Shown in pieces: positions 1 through 9,815 of a stretch of 64,000 nt of DNA. The translations under genes were made by a program, and so were the position numbers. This DNA is from an uncultured Clostridium sp. GTDB lineage: Bacteria > Bacillota > Clostridia > TANB77 > CAG-508. The notes under the pieces are model-generated. The model ran no database searches, had not been told where the DNA came from, and saw only the letters and a list, made by a program, of their open reading frames with translations. The first letter of the stretch is position 1, and every line of letters starts with the position of its first letter. The stretch is from the NCBI GenBank assembly GCA_902492105.1, contig CABUKD010000001.1, positions 6,987 to 70,986 on the forward strand. Direction: 5' to 3'.

Positions 1-249
1 TCCACCATTCATTATACTATTTAATTCATTTACTAAATTTTGTATTTCTTCTTGTTCATTAGCAATAGCACCCTCCCATGTGTTTTTTGCTTCTTGTGCT
101 GTTCTTATAATTCCATCTTCTCCTAGTAACATATTGATTGTTACTCCTGATAAAATTAAAAGAATTACGATTGTTACTACTAAAGCAATTAAAGTAATAC
201 CTATCTCGTCTTTTCTATATTTTATGCCTGCTTTTTCTCTTCTTTGCAT
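1..249 (-). CDS. 5' part of a prepilin-type N-terminal domain protein. The gene continues off the left window edge. N-terminus MQRREKAGIKYRKDEIGITLIALVVTIVILLIL. Paralogue of the gene at 62422..63954.
   Basis: Reverse-complement translation starts at ATG 247-249. The hydrophobic GITLIALVV segment after a basic leader resembles a type IV prepilin or pseudopilin signal. It is near-identical at the N-terminus to the gene at the right window edge. Confidence 0.6.
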   Translation of the reverse strand, partial: MQRREKAGIKYRKDEIGITLIALVVTIVILLILSGVTINMLLGEDGIIRTAQEAKNTWEGAIANEQEEIQNLVNELNSIMNGG

Positions 250-606
250 TTTTTTCTTTTCTCCTTTCTCATTTGTTTTTATCGTCTACTTTTTCTTTAT
301 GCTTAATTTATATTTTCTCTTAATAATTATTGTTTGTTTAAAGCACATTTTATATATTCTCTTAAATTTATCTTTCTATTTTTTCTGTACTATTTACTTC
401 TTCTTTATTCAAACACTTTAAAAATTTTCTTTAAGAACCTTTAGCTGTATTTGTTCTATACTTTAGCATAAAATATATTCAATTTTCAAAGTGCTTGAAT
501 TGGTTTTAGTTAAACCATTTTTATTTTATACTAACTACTTTCTAATTGCAAGTATTTTTTATAGAATTTTTTCTACAATAAGGTAAAATATTTTTATCTC
601 AAAATT

Positions 607-918
607 CTATTTAACCATTTTTTCTAATTCGGTTTTTGGTGTTACACCTACTATTCTTGCAGTTTCACTGCCATTTTTTATTACAATAAATGTAGGTATA
701 CTCATTATTCCATATTTTTCTGCTAGTTCTGGGTTTTGGTCTATGTCTATTTTACATACTTTAACTGCCTCTCCCATGGTTTGTGCTAATTCTTCTACTA
801 CTGGTGCCATCATTCTACATGGTCCACACCATGTTGCCCAAAAATCAATCAATACTGGTGTATTGGATTGTAACACCTCTTTTTCAAAATTGTTATTATC
901 TACTGTAATAACTGCCAT
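607..918 (-). CDS. trxA: Thioredoxin
   Basis: 103 aa with the WCGPC active-site motif (FWATWCGPC). Confidence 0.95.
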   Translation of the reverse strand: MAVITVDNNNFEKEVLQSNTPVLIDFWATWCGPCRMMAPVVEELAQTMGEAVKVCKIDIDQNPELAEKYGIMSIPTFIVIKNGSETARIVGVTPKTELEKMVK

Positions 919-955
919 TTTTTCATCATCCTTTCTAATTTATTTTTAAATTTTT

Positions 956-1807
956 TTATGATTTCAACACTGCTAGCCCTGCTACTGCACCTTCATAAAC
1001 TGCTTTACTAATTTGTAATAATCCTCCTGTGCAATCTCCACAAGCAAATAGTCCAGGTACTGTTGTTTCCATATTTTCATTTACCACAATTCGATTGTTT
1101 TCTATTCTTGCTCCAATTTTTCTTGCTAAGTCATTACTAGAAGCAGTTCCTAATGCTACAAATACTCCTTGAACTGGTTTTATGGTATTATCTTCAAATT
1201 CTACTTCTTGTATTTTGCTATCTCCTCTAAATTCTCTAATTTTTTTGTTTTCTACTTTAATGTTTCCTATGTTTCTATTTTCTACAATAGGTTCTCCATT
1301 GGTTAGAATAGTAACCTCTTTTGCTACAGGCTTTAATTGTTCCATTTCGTGGATAGCATAGTTACCATTTCCTAAAACTGCTACTTCTTTATTTTCATAG
1401 AAAAAGGCGTCACATACTGCACAATAGCTTACCCCTTTTCCTTCGAATTCTTTGATTCCTTTAATTGGTGGCACCATTCTATTGGTTCCTGTTGCTAATA
1501 TTACAGATTTTGCTTGATAGTGGGAATTGACAGTTTCTACTTCATATTTTTCTTCTAGTTGAACAGAAACTACTTCATCTTCTAGTAATTCAATTTCCAA
1601 GTTTTTAGCTTGTGCCAAGCCATTTTCATAAAGTTCTTGCCCTGAAATTGCTCTTGCAAATCCATAATAGTTTTCTATTTTGTCGGTTTTAGCAAGCGCT
1701 CCATTTCCTTTTGAAATTACCAAAACAGACAATTTTCTTCTTTTGGCATAAATAGCAGCAGATATTCCGTGCGGGTCCACTTCCTACTACAATTACATCA
1801 TACATGA
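956..1807 (-). CDS. trxB: Thioredoxin-disulfide reductase, with an apparent frameshift near its 5' end.
   Basis: CAVCD redox motif, GDCTGG and NADPH/FAD motifs. The ATG at 1805-1807 gives MYDVIVVGSGPA in another frame. That frame joins the listed ORF (MDPHGISAAIYAKR) only after removing one base near 1778-1782. Confidence 0.85.
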
Positions 1808-1876
1808 ATTGATTCTCCTTTAATTTTTATTATATTCTAGCTTTTAATCTTCTATACATTTCTCTAGTTTCATTTT

Positions 1877-2767
1877 TTACAGAATATCATATAAATTATA
1901 AAAAGTATAGCCCTTTTCTTTTAAATAGCTAATAACGTCTGGCAAAGTTTTAGCTGTTAAGTCTTTGTTTGGTGCATCATGCATTAATATTACTACACTA
2001 TTTTGATTTCCACAAGTGTTTTTTAAGTTTTTCATAATTTCTTCTTTTGTACTTGCTCCATCAGCATCATAGGTAAGTGCATTCCAATCTAAGTATGCAA
2101 TATTATTTTCTGTAAAAACCTTTTTGGCTTTTTTCTTCATTTTATCGTAATAGCCTCCTACAGAACCTCCTGGAAAACGAAATACATTGGACTCATAATT
2201 TGGATTTTCTAAGGCATCTTGTATTAACTTATTTGTTTTTTTGTATTCTTCCAATGGTGCAGTTTCATTTTTATATATGTTTTTATAAATATGAGAATAT
2301 CCATGGTTTGCTATATAGTGTCCTTCTTCTGCTTCCCTTTTTAATATTTCTGGATTCGATTTTACCATAGTTCCTAATACAAAAAAGGTAGCCTTTACAT
2401 TTTCCTCTTTTAGAGTATCCAAAATTTTTGGTGTAACAGAAGAAGATGGTCCATCATCAAATGTTAGAAATGCTCTTTTTTCATCTGAATTATAAATATG
2501 GTTAATGGCTTGTATTTGTTCTTTAGTTAGTTTACCTACAGTTTGGCTCGTATTTTCTTCTTGCTGTTTTTCTTGCTGATTATTAATAGGAGAATTTATT
2601 TGTTCTTTCTCTTTTTGTGCCACATTTTTTTGATTGTTTAAATAATTAACTAACTGAATAGCACCAAAAATAGAAATTGCTATTACTAAAATAGCAATTA
2701 TAATAATTAAAATCCATTTTTTCTTGCTTTTCTTTTCATTTACGCTTTCTATTCCATATAACATCAT
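1877..2767 (-). CDS. Membrane-anchored polysaccharide deacetylase (NodB homology domain).
   Basis: N-terminal TM helix. FLTFDDGP catalytic motif and an HxxxH region typical of CE4 deacetylases. Confidence 0.85.
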   Translation of the reverse strand: MMLYGIESVNEKKSKKKWILIIIIAILVIAISIFGAIQLVNYLNNQKNVAQKEKEQINSPINNQQEKQQEENTSQTVGKLTKEQIQAINHIYNSDEKRAFLTFDDGPSSSVTPKILDTLKEENVKATFFVLGTMVKSNPEILKREAEEGHYIANHGYSHIYKNIYKNETAPLEEYKKTNKLIQDALENPNYESNVFRFPGGSVGGYYDKMKKKAKKVFTENNIAYLDWNALTYDADGASTKEEIMKNLKNTCGNQNSVVILMHDAPNKDLTAKTLPDVISYLKEKGYTFYNLYDIL

Positions 2768-2783
2768 AAGTTTGAATTATTAT

Positions 2784-5555
2784 TTACTCCTCTTTCGTTG
2801 TATTAATTTTAAGCAACTTAAATATTTCTACAATTACAACAGGCATTAATACTAAAATAACAATTTCAATAATATTCATTGCTGGCAATACTGGTATGCT
2901 GAAAATGTGTCTTAATGCTGGTACACATAAAATGATAATCATTAAAGCAGCAGATACAACGGTTGCTAAAATTAATTGTTTATTATTGAAAATTCCTGTT
3001 TTGAAAATTGATTTTTTGTTGTTTCTAATATTAAATACGTGCACTAGTTGTGATAAAGCAAGTACGGTAAATGCCATTGTTTGGCCTATTTCTACTCTTA
3101 CTTCTTCTTCAGAAAGAGTTTCTACAATTCCTTGGCTATTGGTTACTTCTACGACTGGTAATTGGTCAGTTGGTGTAGAAAGTCCAATGATAAATGCAAT
3201 TAAGGTAATTGCTCCTATCATAATTCCTTGGTAAATTACTCTCCATGTCATGCCTTTAGTGAAAACACTTTGTTTTGCTTTGTTTGGTTTTCTATCCATT
3301 ACATCTTTTTCTGCTGGATCGACTGCTAAAGCTAGTGCTGGCAAGGAGTCTGTTACCAAATTAATCCATAAAATATGAATTGGTAGTAATGGTACAATTA
3401 AGTTAACATCTTTAATTCCAAACCATTCGCTTAGTAGTGGAGTAATTAATATAGCAACAAATAATACAATAATTTCCCCTACATTGCTAGATAATAAAAA
3501 TTGAATTGCTTTTAAAATATTGTCATAAATTCTTCTACCTTCTTCTACTGCTGAAACAATGGTTGCAAAATTATCATCTGTTAAAATAACATCTGCTGCT
3601 TCTTTTGATACATCAGTTCCCACAATTCCCATTGCACAACCGATATCAGAAGTTTTAAGTGCCGGTGCATCATTAACACCATCTCCTGTCATAGCTACAA
3701 TTTCTCCATTTGCTTGCCATGCTTTTACAATTCTTACTTTATGTTCTGGTGATACTCTTGCATAAACACTATATTGTCTAATATTTTTCTTTAAATCTTC
3801 GTCAGACATTTGCTCTAATTCACTACCAGTGATTGCTTCATTATCATTTTCTAAAATCCCCAATGCTTTTGCAATAGCAATAGCAGTAATTTTATGATCT
3901 CCTGTAATCATTACTGTTTTAATTCCTGCTCTTTTACATTTTGCTACTGCATCTTTTACTTCTATTCTTGGTGGATCAATCATACCAACCATTCCCACAT
4001 AGGTTAATCCTTGTTCGATTGTATGCATTTCTTCATCTGTTGGTTCATGATCTAATTCTTTATATCCCATAGCAAGTACACGAAGTGCATTTTGTGCCAT
4101 TTCGTTATTTTGAGTTGCTATTACATTTTTATAACTTTCTAGGTCTTGTTTTATTTCCCCATTTACAACATAGCTGTTACATCTTTGTAATAACTCATCT
4201 ACTCCACCTTTGGTATATACCACATAATGGTCTTCTACTTTGTGAACTGTTGTCATTAATTTTCTTTCAGAATCAAATGGATATTCTTTTACTCTTGGAT
4301 ACTCTTCTAATATGTTCTGCTCAAAGTTCAAGTGGAATGCCATATCTATTAAAGCTGTTTCTGTTGGGTCACCTGTTAACGTTTTATCTGCCGCAATTTT
4401 TGTATCATTACAAAACATGCTAATATAAACAAGTCTTTGTAGTTCTTGTGGAATATTAGTAATATCTATTTTATCCATATCTACTAATTGGTTGTTATAA
4501 AATACTTTCTTTACTGTCATTTTATTTTGTGTTAGTGTTCCAGTTTTATCAGAACAAATAACAGTAGTACTTCCTAATGTTTCTACTGCTGGCAATTTTT
4601 TAACAATTGCATGTTTTTTTACCATTCTTTGTACACCAATTGCAAGTACAATGGTAGATACTGCTGCTAGTCCTTCTGGAATAGCTGCTACTGCTAAGCT
4701 AACTGCTGTCATAAACATATCAATTGGATCTTTTCCATATAATAAACCAACTACGAAAATAACAATACAGATTAAAATGGCAGCAATTCCTAATGTTTTT
4801 CCTAATTTGTTTAATTTTTGTTGTAATGGGGTTTGAGTATCTATTGTTTCATTTATCATGCCTGCTATTTTACCCACTTCTGTATTCATTCCTGTTTCTA
4901 CTACAATACCTTTACCTCTACCATAGGTAATTAAACTAGAAGAAAATACCATATTAGTTCTGTCCCCTAGTTCTACTTTTTCATCTTCTATGGTTGCTAC
5001 ATTTTTGTCTACTGGAACAGATTCTCCTGTTAAAGAAGCTTCTTGTGCTTTTAAGTTAACCGCTTCTATCAATCTTAAATCTGCTGGCACATAATCTCCA
5101 GTATCTAAAACGACAATATCCCCTGGCACTAATTCTTTGGATGGCACTACTTCTACATTGCCATTACGAACTACTTTTGCCACATGAGAACTTAATTTTT
5201 GGAGTGCTTCTAATGATTTTTCAGCTTTGCTTTCTTGTGCTACTCCAATAATAGCATTTACAATTACAACAATTAAAATAATAATAGAGTCTGTGATTCC
5301 TTCTCCTTTATAGTAGCCTACAATTCCTGAAATAATGGCTGCTATGATTAAAATAATAATCATAAAGTCTTTGAACTGTTCTAAAAATTTGACAAATAAG
5401 CTTTTTTTCTTTTTTGCAGCTAATTCATTAATTCCATAAGTTTGTCTATTTTTTTCTACTTGCTCTTTGGATAATCCTTTTGTTTCATCCACCCCAAAGT
5501 ATTTTTCTACTTCTTCTGTTGATTGATGAAACCATACATTTGATTTTTTCTCCAA
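2784..5555 (-). CDS. Calcium-transporting P-type ATPase (P2A/P2B type).
   Basis: 923 aa with DKTGTLT phosphorylation motif, TGDGVNDAPALK hinge and 10 TM pattern. Confidence 0.9.
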   Translation of the reverse strand: MEKKSNVWFHQSTEEVEKYFGVDETKGLSKEQVEKNRQTYGINELAAKKKKSLFVKFLEQFKDFMIIILIIAAIISGIVGYYKGEGITDSIIILIVVIVNAIIGVAQESKAEKSLEALQKLSSHVAKVVRNGNVEVVPSKELVPGDIVVLDTGDYVPADLRLIEAVNLKAQEASLTGESVPVDKNVATIEDEKVELGDRTNMVFSSSLITYGRGKGIVVETGMNTEVGKIAGMINETIDTQTPLQQKLNKLGKTLGIAAILICIVIFVVGLLYGKDPIDMFMTAVSLAVAAIPEGLAAVSTIVLAIGVQRMVKKHAIVKKLPAVETLGSTTVICSDKTGTLTQNKMTVKKVFYNNQLVDMDKIDITNIPQELQRLVYISMFCNDTKIAADKTLTGDPTETALIDMAFHLNFEQNILEEYPRVKEYPFDSERKLMTTVHKVEDHYVVYTKGGVDELLQRCNSYVVNGEIKQDLESYKNVIATQNNEMAQNALRVLAMGYKELDHEPTDEEMHTIEQGLTYVGMVGMIDPPRIEVKDAVAKCKRAGIKTVMITGDHKITAIAIAKALGILENDNEAITGSELEQMSDEDLKKNIRQYSVYARVSPEHKVRIVKAWQANGEIVAMTGDGVNDAPALKTSDIGCAMGIVGTDVSKEAADVILTDDNFATIVSAVEEGRRIYDNILKAIQFLLSSNVGEIIVLFVAILITPLLSEWFGIKDVNLIVPLLPIHILWINLVTDSLPALALAVDPAEKDVMDRKPNKAKQSVFTKGMTWRVIYQGIMIGAITLIAFIIGLSTPTDQLPVVEVTNSQGIVETLSEEEVRVEIGQTMAFTVLALSQLVHVFNIRNNKKSIFKTGIFNNKQLILATVVSAALMIIILCVPALRHIFSIPVLPAMNIIEIVILVLMPVVIVEIFKLLKINTTKEE

Positions 5556-5675
5556 TGTTCTTCTCTCCTTGTTCTTATTTTTCTCTTTTTCGTAAAAACT
5601 ATTCTTTTATTTTCTTTTTTGTTATTATACTTTAGTTGTTTTTATATAACAATTGTTTTTAGTAAAATTTTTTTA

Positions 5676-5987
5676 TTAATAACTTAGCTTTTTTTGGATA
5701 CCTAGCCCATCTCCATAGCAAATTAAAGTTTCTATTTTTTTATTTACTTTTTTTGGGATATTAGTTATTTTTAGAGATTGTTCAAAAATTTTTTTATTGT
5801 TTTGGTTTATGGTAAAATCAGATTGTTGTAATTTAGCTTCTTGTAAGTTTACTTCTGATATATTGGTTTCTTGTAACTTTAGATTTTGCAAGTTTAGTAC
5901 TTGTAGATTTTGGGCTTGTAATTGTTTTACCGGTTCTAGTCCAAATTTACTTTGAAACCAGGAAAAAATTCTTTTTATAATACTCAT
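5676..5987 (-). CDS. Pentapeptide-repeat protein.
   Basis: Runs of A(N/D)Lxx-like pentapeptides (LQAQNLQVLNLQNLKLQETNISEVNLQEAKLQQSDF). Its start overlaps the stop of the upstream gene by 4 nt. Confidence 0.6.
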   Translation of the reverse strand: MSIIKRIFSWFQSKFGLEPVKQLQAQNLQVLNLQNLKLQETNISEVNLQEAKLQQSDFTINQNNKKIFEQSLKITNIPKKVNKKIETLICYGDGLGIQKKLSY

Positions 5988-7570
5988 CTTTCTTCTCCCT
6001 TCTCACTTTTTTCTGAAGCGACGGAACTTCTAGATAAATCCACATCTTGTTTTTCTTGCTCTTCTAATTCCCATGGTCTAAATCCATTTGCTCTTTCCAA
6101 ATCTTCTTTATAACATTCAAATTGTTTTGTAAATTCTTCTTGTGGTAGTTCTATAAATTGTCCGGCTGTTTTATCTGCAAAGTAGAATTTTTTTCCTAAT
6201 TCATTTGAATTAAGATAAACATATAAAACTGGTCTTTTTTTCTCATCTTGTTTATGGTACACTCTATGAATAACACATTTGTTAAAGTTGAAGTTCTTAT
6301 CATTTAATAGGATATCTTTTAAAACACGCATAGTAGAATTTGGGCATGTAACAAATTCTGGACAAACTTGAGAAAGTAGTAAAAATTGCTTTTGAATATC
6401 TGTTTCTGGTTCATTTGCATAAAGTTCGTGTAGCATCTTTGATTTTTCTATTAAATCTTTAATAGGAAATTGCCCATCTTTATCTGCTAGCCCAACACTT
6501 GTAAATAATGCTCTTAAATTTTGTTCATTTAAGCTTAAAGTTATATTGCTTAATTGAGAATCATTTTTGTGACTATTGCTATCTTTTCCGTCTTCATCTA
6601 TATCTAATTTTCTTGCTTGTTCATAACTAATACAAAAATTATCTGGTATAGCATCAAATCTATGGCTTGTTAAATTCCATGTTGGGTCTATTATGGTATC
6701 ACCTTTTTGTAATTCTCCATTTTCATCTGGAAGTTCTATATCTTTCACTTTTAGAAATGCATGATTTTCACTTTGCACAATTTCACTTTCAATACCTATT
6801 CTTTGCAAAATATATTGTTCTACTGCTGCTATTCCATTACAAACACCATAACCAGAAGTAATAATTTTCCATAATGCCCTAGCATCTTTTGGGTTAAACA
6901 CTTCTGTCTCATAATCTGGAGTATAGCTTATTTTTTTACCAATAGCATGGTCAATAATCGCCATTTTTTGTAATTTAGAATAGCTAGGATCTAAGCTATT
7001 AACAAGGGAGCTTATCCATTGTTCTGCTTTTTTATATTCATTTGGAGTAGAAAAAAATTGTATCGCGTAAGCTATTTCATTGCTTACTTCCATATTAGGG
7101 CAAATATCACATAATTGTAAAAAATTTTTTCTTTGTTCTTCATCAAATCTTTCTGGATTAACTCTCATTATGGCATCTAGTCCACGATAATCTTCCAAAT
7201 TTCTTTCTAAGTTTAAAATAACACGCCCAGTATATACTGATGTTGGAATACTAAGTGCTGTTTTATATTCTTCTGGGAAATTAGTAGTATCAATTTCTCG
7301 CTTTACCTCTTCTTTCAACGTTGCCAAGATTTCCATTTTCTCATTTAGTGTTAAATTAAAATGTTCTAAATTTGCTACAAATTCTTTTTGTTGCTCAACA
7401 TTAAATTCACGTACAATTTCATATGGACGAATATCTATTGTACTACAAAATTGTTTACACTCTTGTAAAAATTGGTGTAAAGTTTCTATATCTAATAATG
7501 ATAGTATGTCTAATTTCTCATATTTTGTATGAGCTTTTTCTAATCTTTTTCTTAAAATTTGAATATCCAT
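5984..7570 (-). CDS. Transglutaminase-like superfamily protein (putative cysteine protease fold).
   Basis: 528 aa. Core GYGVCNGIA ... HAFLKV ... D(TIID) consistent with the Cys-His-Asp triad of transglutaminase-like domains. Confidence 0.5.
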   Translation of the reverse strand: MDIQILRKRLEKAHTKYEKLDILSLLDIETLHQFLQECKQFCSTIDIRPYEIVREFNVEQQKEFVANLEHFNLTLNEKMEILATLKEEVKREIDTTNFPEEYKTALSIPTSVYTGRVILNLERNLEDYRGLDAIMRVNPERFDEEQRKNFLQLCDICPNMEVSNEIAYAIQFFSTPNEYKKAEQWISSLVNSLDPSYSKLQKMAIIDHAIGKKISYTPDYETEVFNPKDARALWKIITSGYGVCNGIAAVEQYILQRIGIESEIVQSENHAFLKVKDIELPDENGELQKGDTIIDPTWNLTSHRFDAIPDNFCISYEQARKLDIDEDGKDSNSHKNDSQLSNITLSLNEQNLRALFTSVGLADKDGQFPIKDLIEKSKMLHELYANEPETDIQKQFLLLSQVCPEFVTCPNSTMRVLKDILLNDKNFNFNKCVIHRVYHKQDEKKRPVLYVYLNSNELGKKFYFADKTAGQFIELPQEEFTKQFECYKEDLERANGFRPWELEEQEKQDVDLSRSSVASEKSEKGEER

Positions 7571-7772
7571 TATTTCTCCTCTTTGGCTCTTTATCTCTTG
7601 TTTTGCATCTTTTCTTCCTTAAGTATTATTTTATAAAAATTGTTACGTTTTTTATTTATTATACATTATCTCTTGAAAAAATCAATATGGATATTGTAGA
7701 TTTGATTTTTTAAAACTTTTCTAATCTTAATTTTCTATGTTTTTCTTTATATAAAAAAATTTAGATCTCATG

Positions 7773-7797
7773 AAAAAAACTCCCTTTAGGGAGTTTT
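7773..7797 (-). terminator. Rho-independent terminator at the 3' end of the mod-res-orfA-orfB operon.
   Basis: Perfect hairpin AAACTCCC-TTTA-GGGAGTTT followed on the minus strand by a U7 tract. Confidence 0.7.
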
Positions 7798-7885
7798 AAT
7801 TAGTTGGAGCGAATAACATACAAGTTACGAACTATGTTCTCTTTCTAAAAATATTATATATCATTTTATAATTATATTCAATTAT

Positions 7886-8947
7886 TTAATTCAAATAAGC
7901 AGGAGTTCCATAGGAAAAAGATTCATTAAATAAATAATTTAGTACAAAGTTTGGGAATCTCCTTTTTACACATTCAATATATATCTTTATTATACTTACA
8001 ATTGCATCATTATTACCATTTAAAATTAAATTCCAATTATCTTGATGGTATCTTACTTGCTCACTTAATATGAAAAAGTTAATATAATCTATTAATATCT
8101 GTGGTAATAAGATATTTTTTTTCTTGTTATTATTATAAATGTCTACAGGAAAAACAAAATATCTTCCCCCTATAACAGTATTATAGTTATAGAAAAATTC
8201 AAAGTTAGAAAGAGGCAAGTTATCGTTTGAAATATATTGTGTAAATGTTGAACTGCCATGCATTGGTTGTTTTGTATATTTAGTGTTTATTTTGGGATTT
8301 TTTTTCTCTAATTTATTAGAGTCTGTTGTATAAATTCCAAATGCGATTTTTTCATTTTCTATTTTTAATTCGCTATAACAATAAATACAATTAGAATCAA
8401 ATATTTTTATTTTATCTATTAAATTTTTTAATTCCGGCACAGTAGAAATAGTATCTTTAAATTTTATAGTATCCTTTTTATCAAATGTTATATTAAAAGT
8501 TTTTGCAAGTTCTAAAAAAACACCATCATTAACATTTGCATATTCATTTAATAAATTCCAATTGTTTTTTTTGTTTTTTTGTATTTTCTGTTTTTCATTT
8601 ATTGGTCTGGTTGTAAGTCCATGATATTTTATATCATCTAAAAACAACTCTCTTGATGAATTTGAAATTATTATGGCTTTTGAAAATGAAAGCATACCGT
8701 AATAAATAAGCAACGGAGATATGGATATATCCGCTTTTTCTGAATTCTTAAAAAATTCAATTCCTTGTTTAATGCAAAAAGATATTTCTTTTGCTTTTTT
8801 TCTTTCAATAGATGAAATTTTTGAACTCATTATTTTTCTGTTTGATTTTATTTTTCCACATAATAATTTTTCACAATTTTTAGAATATGACAACATTTCT
8901 AAATGCTGAAAAATATCTTTTTTTGGATTTTCTGACCATGTATGCAT
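7886..8947 (-). CDS. Uncharacterised protein (orfB). It has a PLLIYYGMLSFSKAII motif reminiscent of YaaC-like proteins. Last gene of the Type III R-M operon.
   Basis: 353 aa, soluble, no recognisable catalytic motif. It follows orfA after a 13-nt gap and is terminated by the hairpin at 7773..7797. Confidence 0.5.
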   Translation of the reverse strand: MHTWSENPKKDIFQHLEMLSYSKNCEKLLCGKIKSNRKIMSSKISSIERKKAKEISFCIKQGIEFFKNSEKADISISPLLIYYGMLSFSKAIIISNSSRELFLDDIKYHGLTTRPINEKQKIQKNKKNNWNLLNEYANVNDGVFLELAKTFNITFDKKDTIKFKDTISTVPELKNLIDKIKIFDSNCIYCYSELKIENEKIAFGIYTTDSNKLEKKNPKINTKYTKQPMHGSSTFTQYISNDNLPLSNFEFFYNYNTVIGGRYFVFPVDIYNNNKKKNILLPQILIDYINFFILSEQVRYHQDNWNLILNGNNDAIVSIIKIYIECVKRRFPNFVLNYLFNESFSYGTPAYLN

Positions 8948-8960
8948 TTTTAACCTCCTT

Positions 8961-9815
8961 TTATCTGTAGATTGCTATTGGGGTTACAACAAAAGCTGGT
9001 CCTTTAATAGAGTCTTTTAATTCTTTTGGATTAGATAAATCTTTAGGCATTTTTCTTTTTTGTTCTCTATTTAAATTTAATTTTTTTACATTATCAAATA
9101 TTTCATCTAATTCAATGCTTTTTCCTTTTTCTACTTTTTTTTGTACTTTACAAAGAAGATAGCATTGTGATTTAATATTTTCTTCATCAGTTTTAAAAAA
9201 AGTAGTATTTAATTCTGCAATAAAAGGATATTTTTTATTTTCAAAATTAAATACACAAGATACCATTGAAGTATCATTTATTCTTGAAATTGTTTCAAAT
9301 CCAGATAGTGCTTCTTTTGTTTTACTATCAATCATATCATCACTCATATAAGGTTGAAATGCAGTAATTAAATTGTTTAAGTTTTTTGCCATATTAGATA
9401 TTTCTTTTATTTTTGAAAATCTAGGTGTTACTAATAATTCTAAAAAATCGTCTCTATAAATATCTTGCCATATATTTTCATCAATTTCTTCATAATATTT
9501 TAATTCATCTTCATTTTTTAGATATTTTATTACTTTATCTAATTTACTAGAATCAGTTATTCTAACATTTTTTGTAGTAGTATTAGTATTTTGCTTTCCT
9601 AAATTTGCTTCTGCTGTTAATTTTCCAAATCCTATACCAGCTTTTCCTCCTTTATCATCTACGTTATTACTAGTAATTATTTCTTCATCGTAAGTATATC
9701 CGTCTATTTGAGATATATAATCATTTATTGCCTCAATATCTAAGTATAAGATATTTCTCAATGCCATATTATCAAAACCTTTCTTATCTAAAATATTTTT
9801 TTCAATAAAATCCAA
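8961..9815 (-). CDS. Uncharacterised protein (orfA), translationally coupled to res.
   Basis: 284 aa. Its start overlaps the res stop by 28 nt. No known motif recognised. Confidence 0.5.
   Translation of the reverse strand: MDFIEKNILDKKGFDNMALRNILYLDIEAINDYISQIDGYTYDEEIITSNNVDDKGGKAGIGFGKLTAEANLGKQNTNTTTKNVRITDSSKLDKVIKYLKNEDELKYYEEIDENIWQDIYRDDFLELLVTPRFSKIKEISNMAKNLNNLITAFQPYMSDDMIDSKTKEALSGFETISRINDTSMVSCVFNFENKKYPFIAELNTTFFKTDEENIKSQCYLLCKVQKKVEKGKSIELDEIFDNVKKLNLNREQKRKMPKDLSNPKELKDSIKGPAFVVTPIAIYR

Noticed and set aside
2896-4836. Several 60-112-aa plus-strand ORFs inside the Ca2+-ATPase gene.
   Set aside because: Antisense shadow ORFs within a long conserved CDS.
7801-7830. TTGGAGCGAATAAC, with partial identity to the 3' end of tRNA-Gly (TGGAGCAGGTG), considered as an att-site duplicate marking the left element end.
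   Set aside because: Only about 6 nt match. Serine-recombinase elements do not duplicate tRNA ends. Insufficient evidence.
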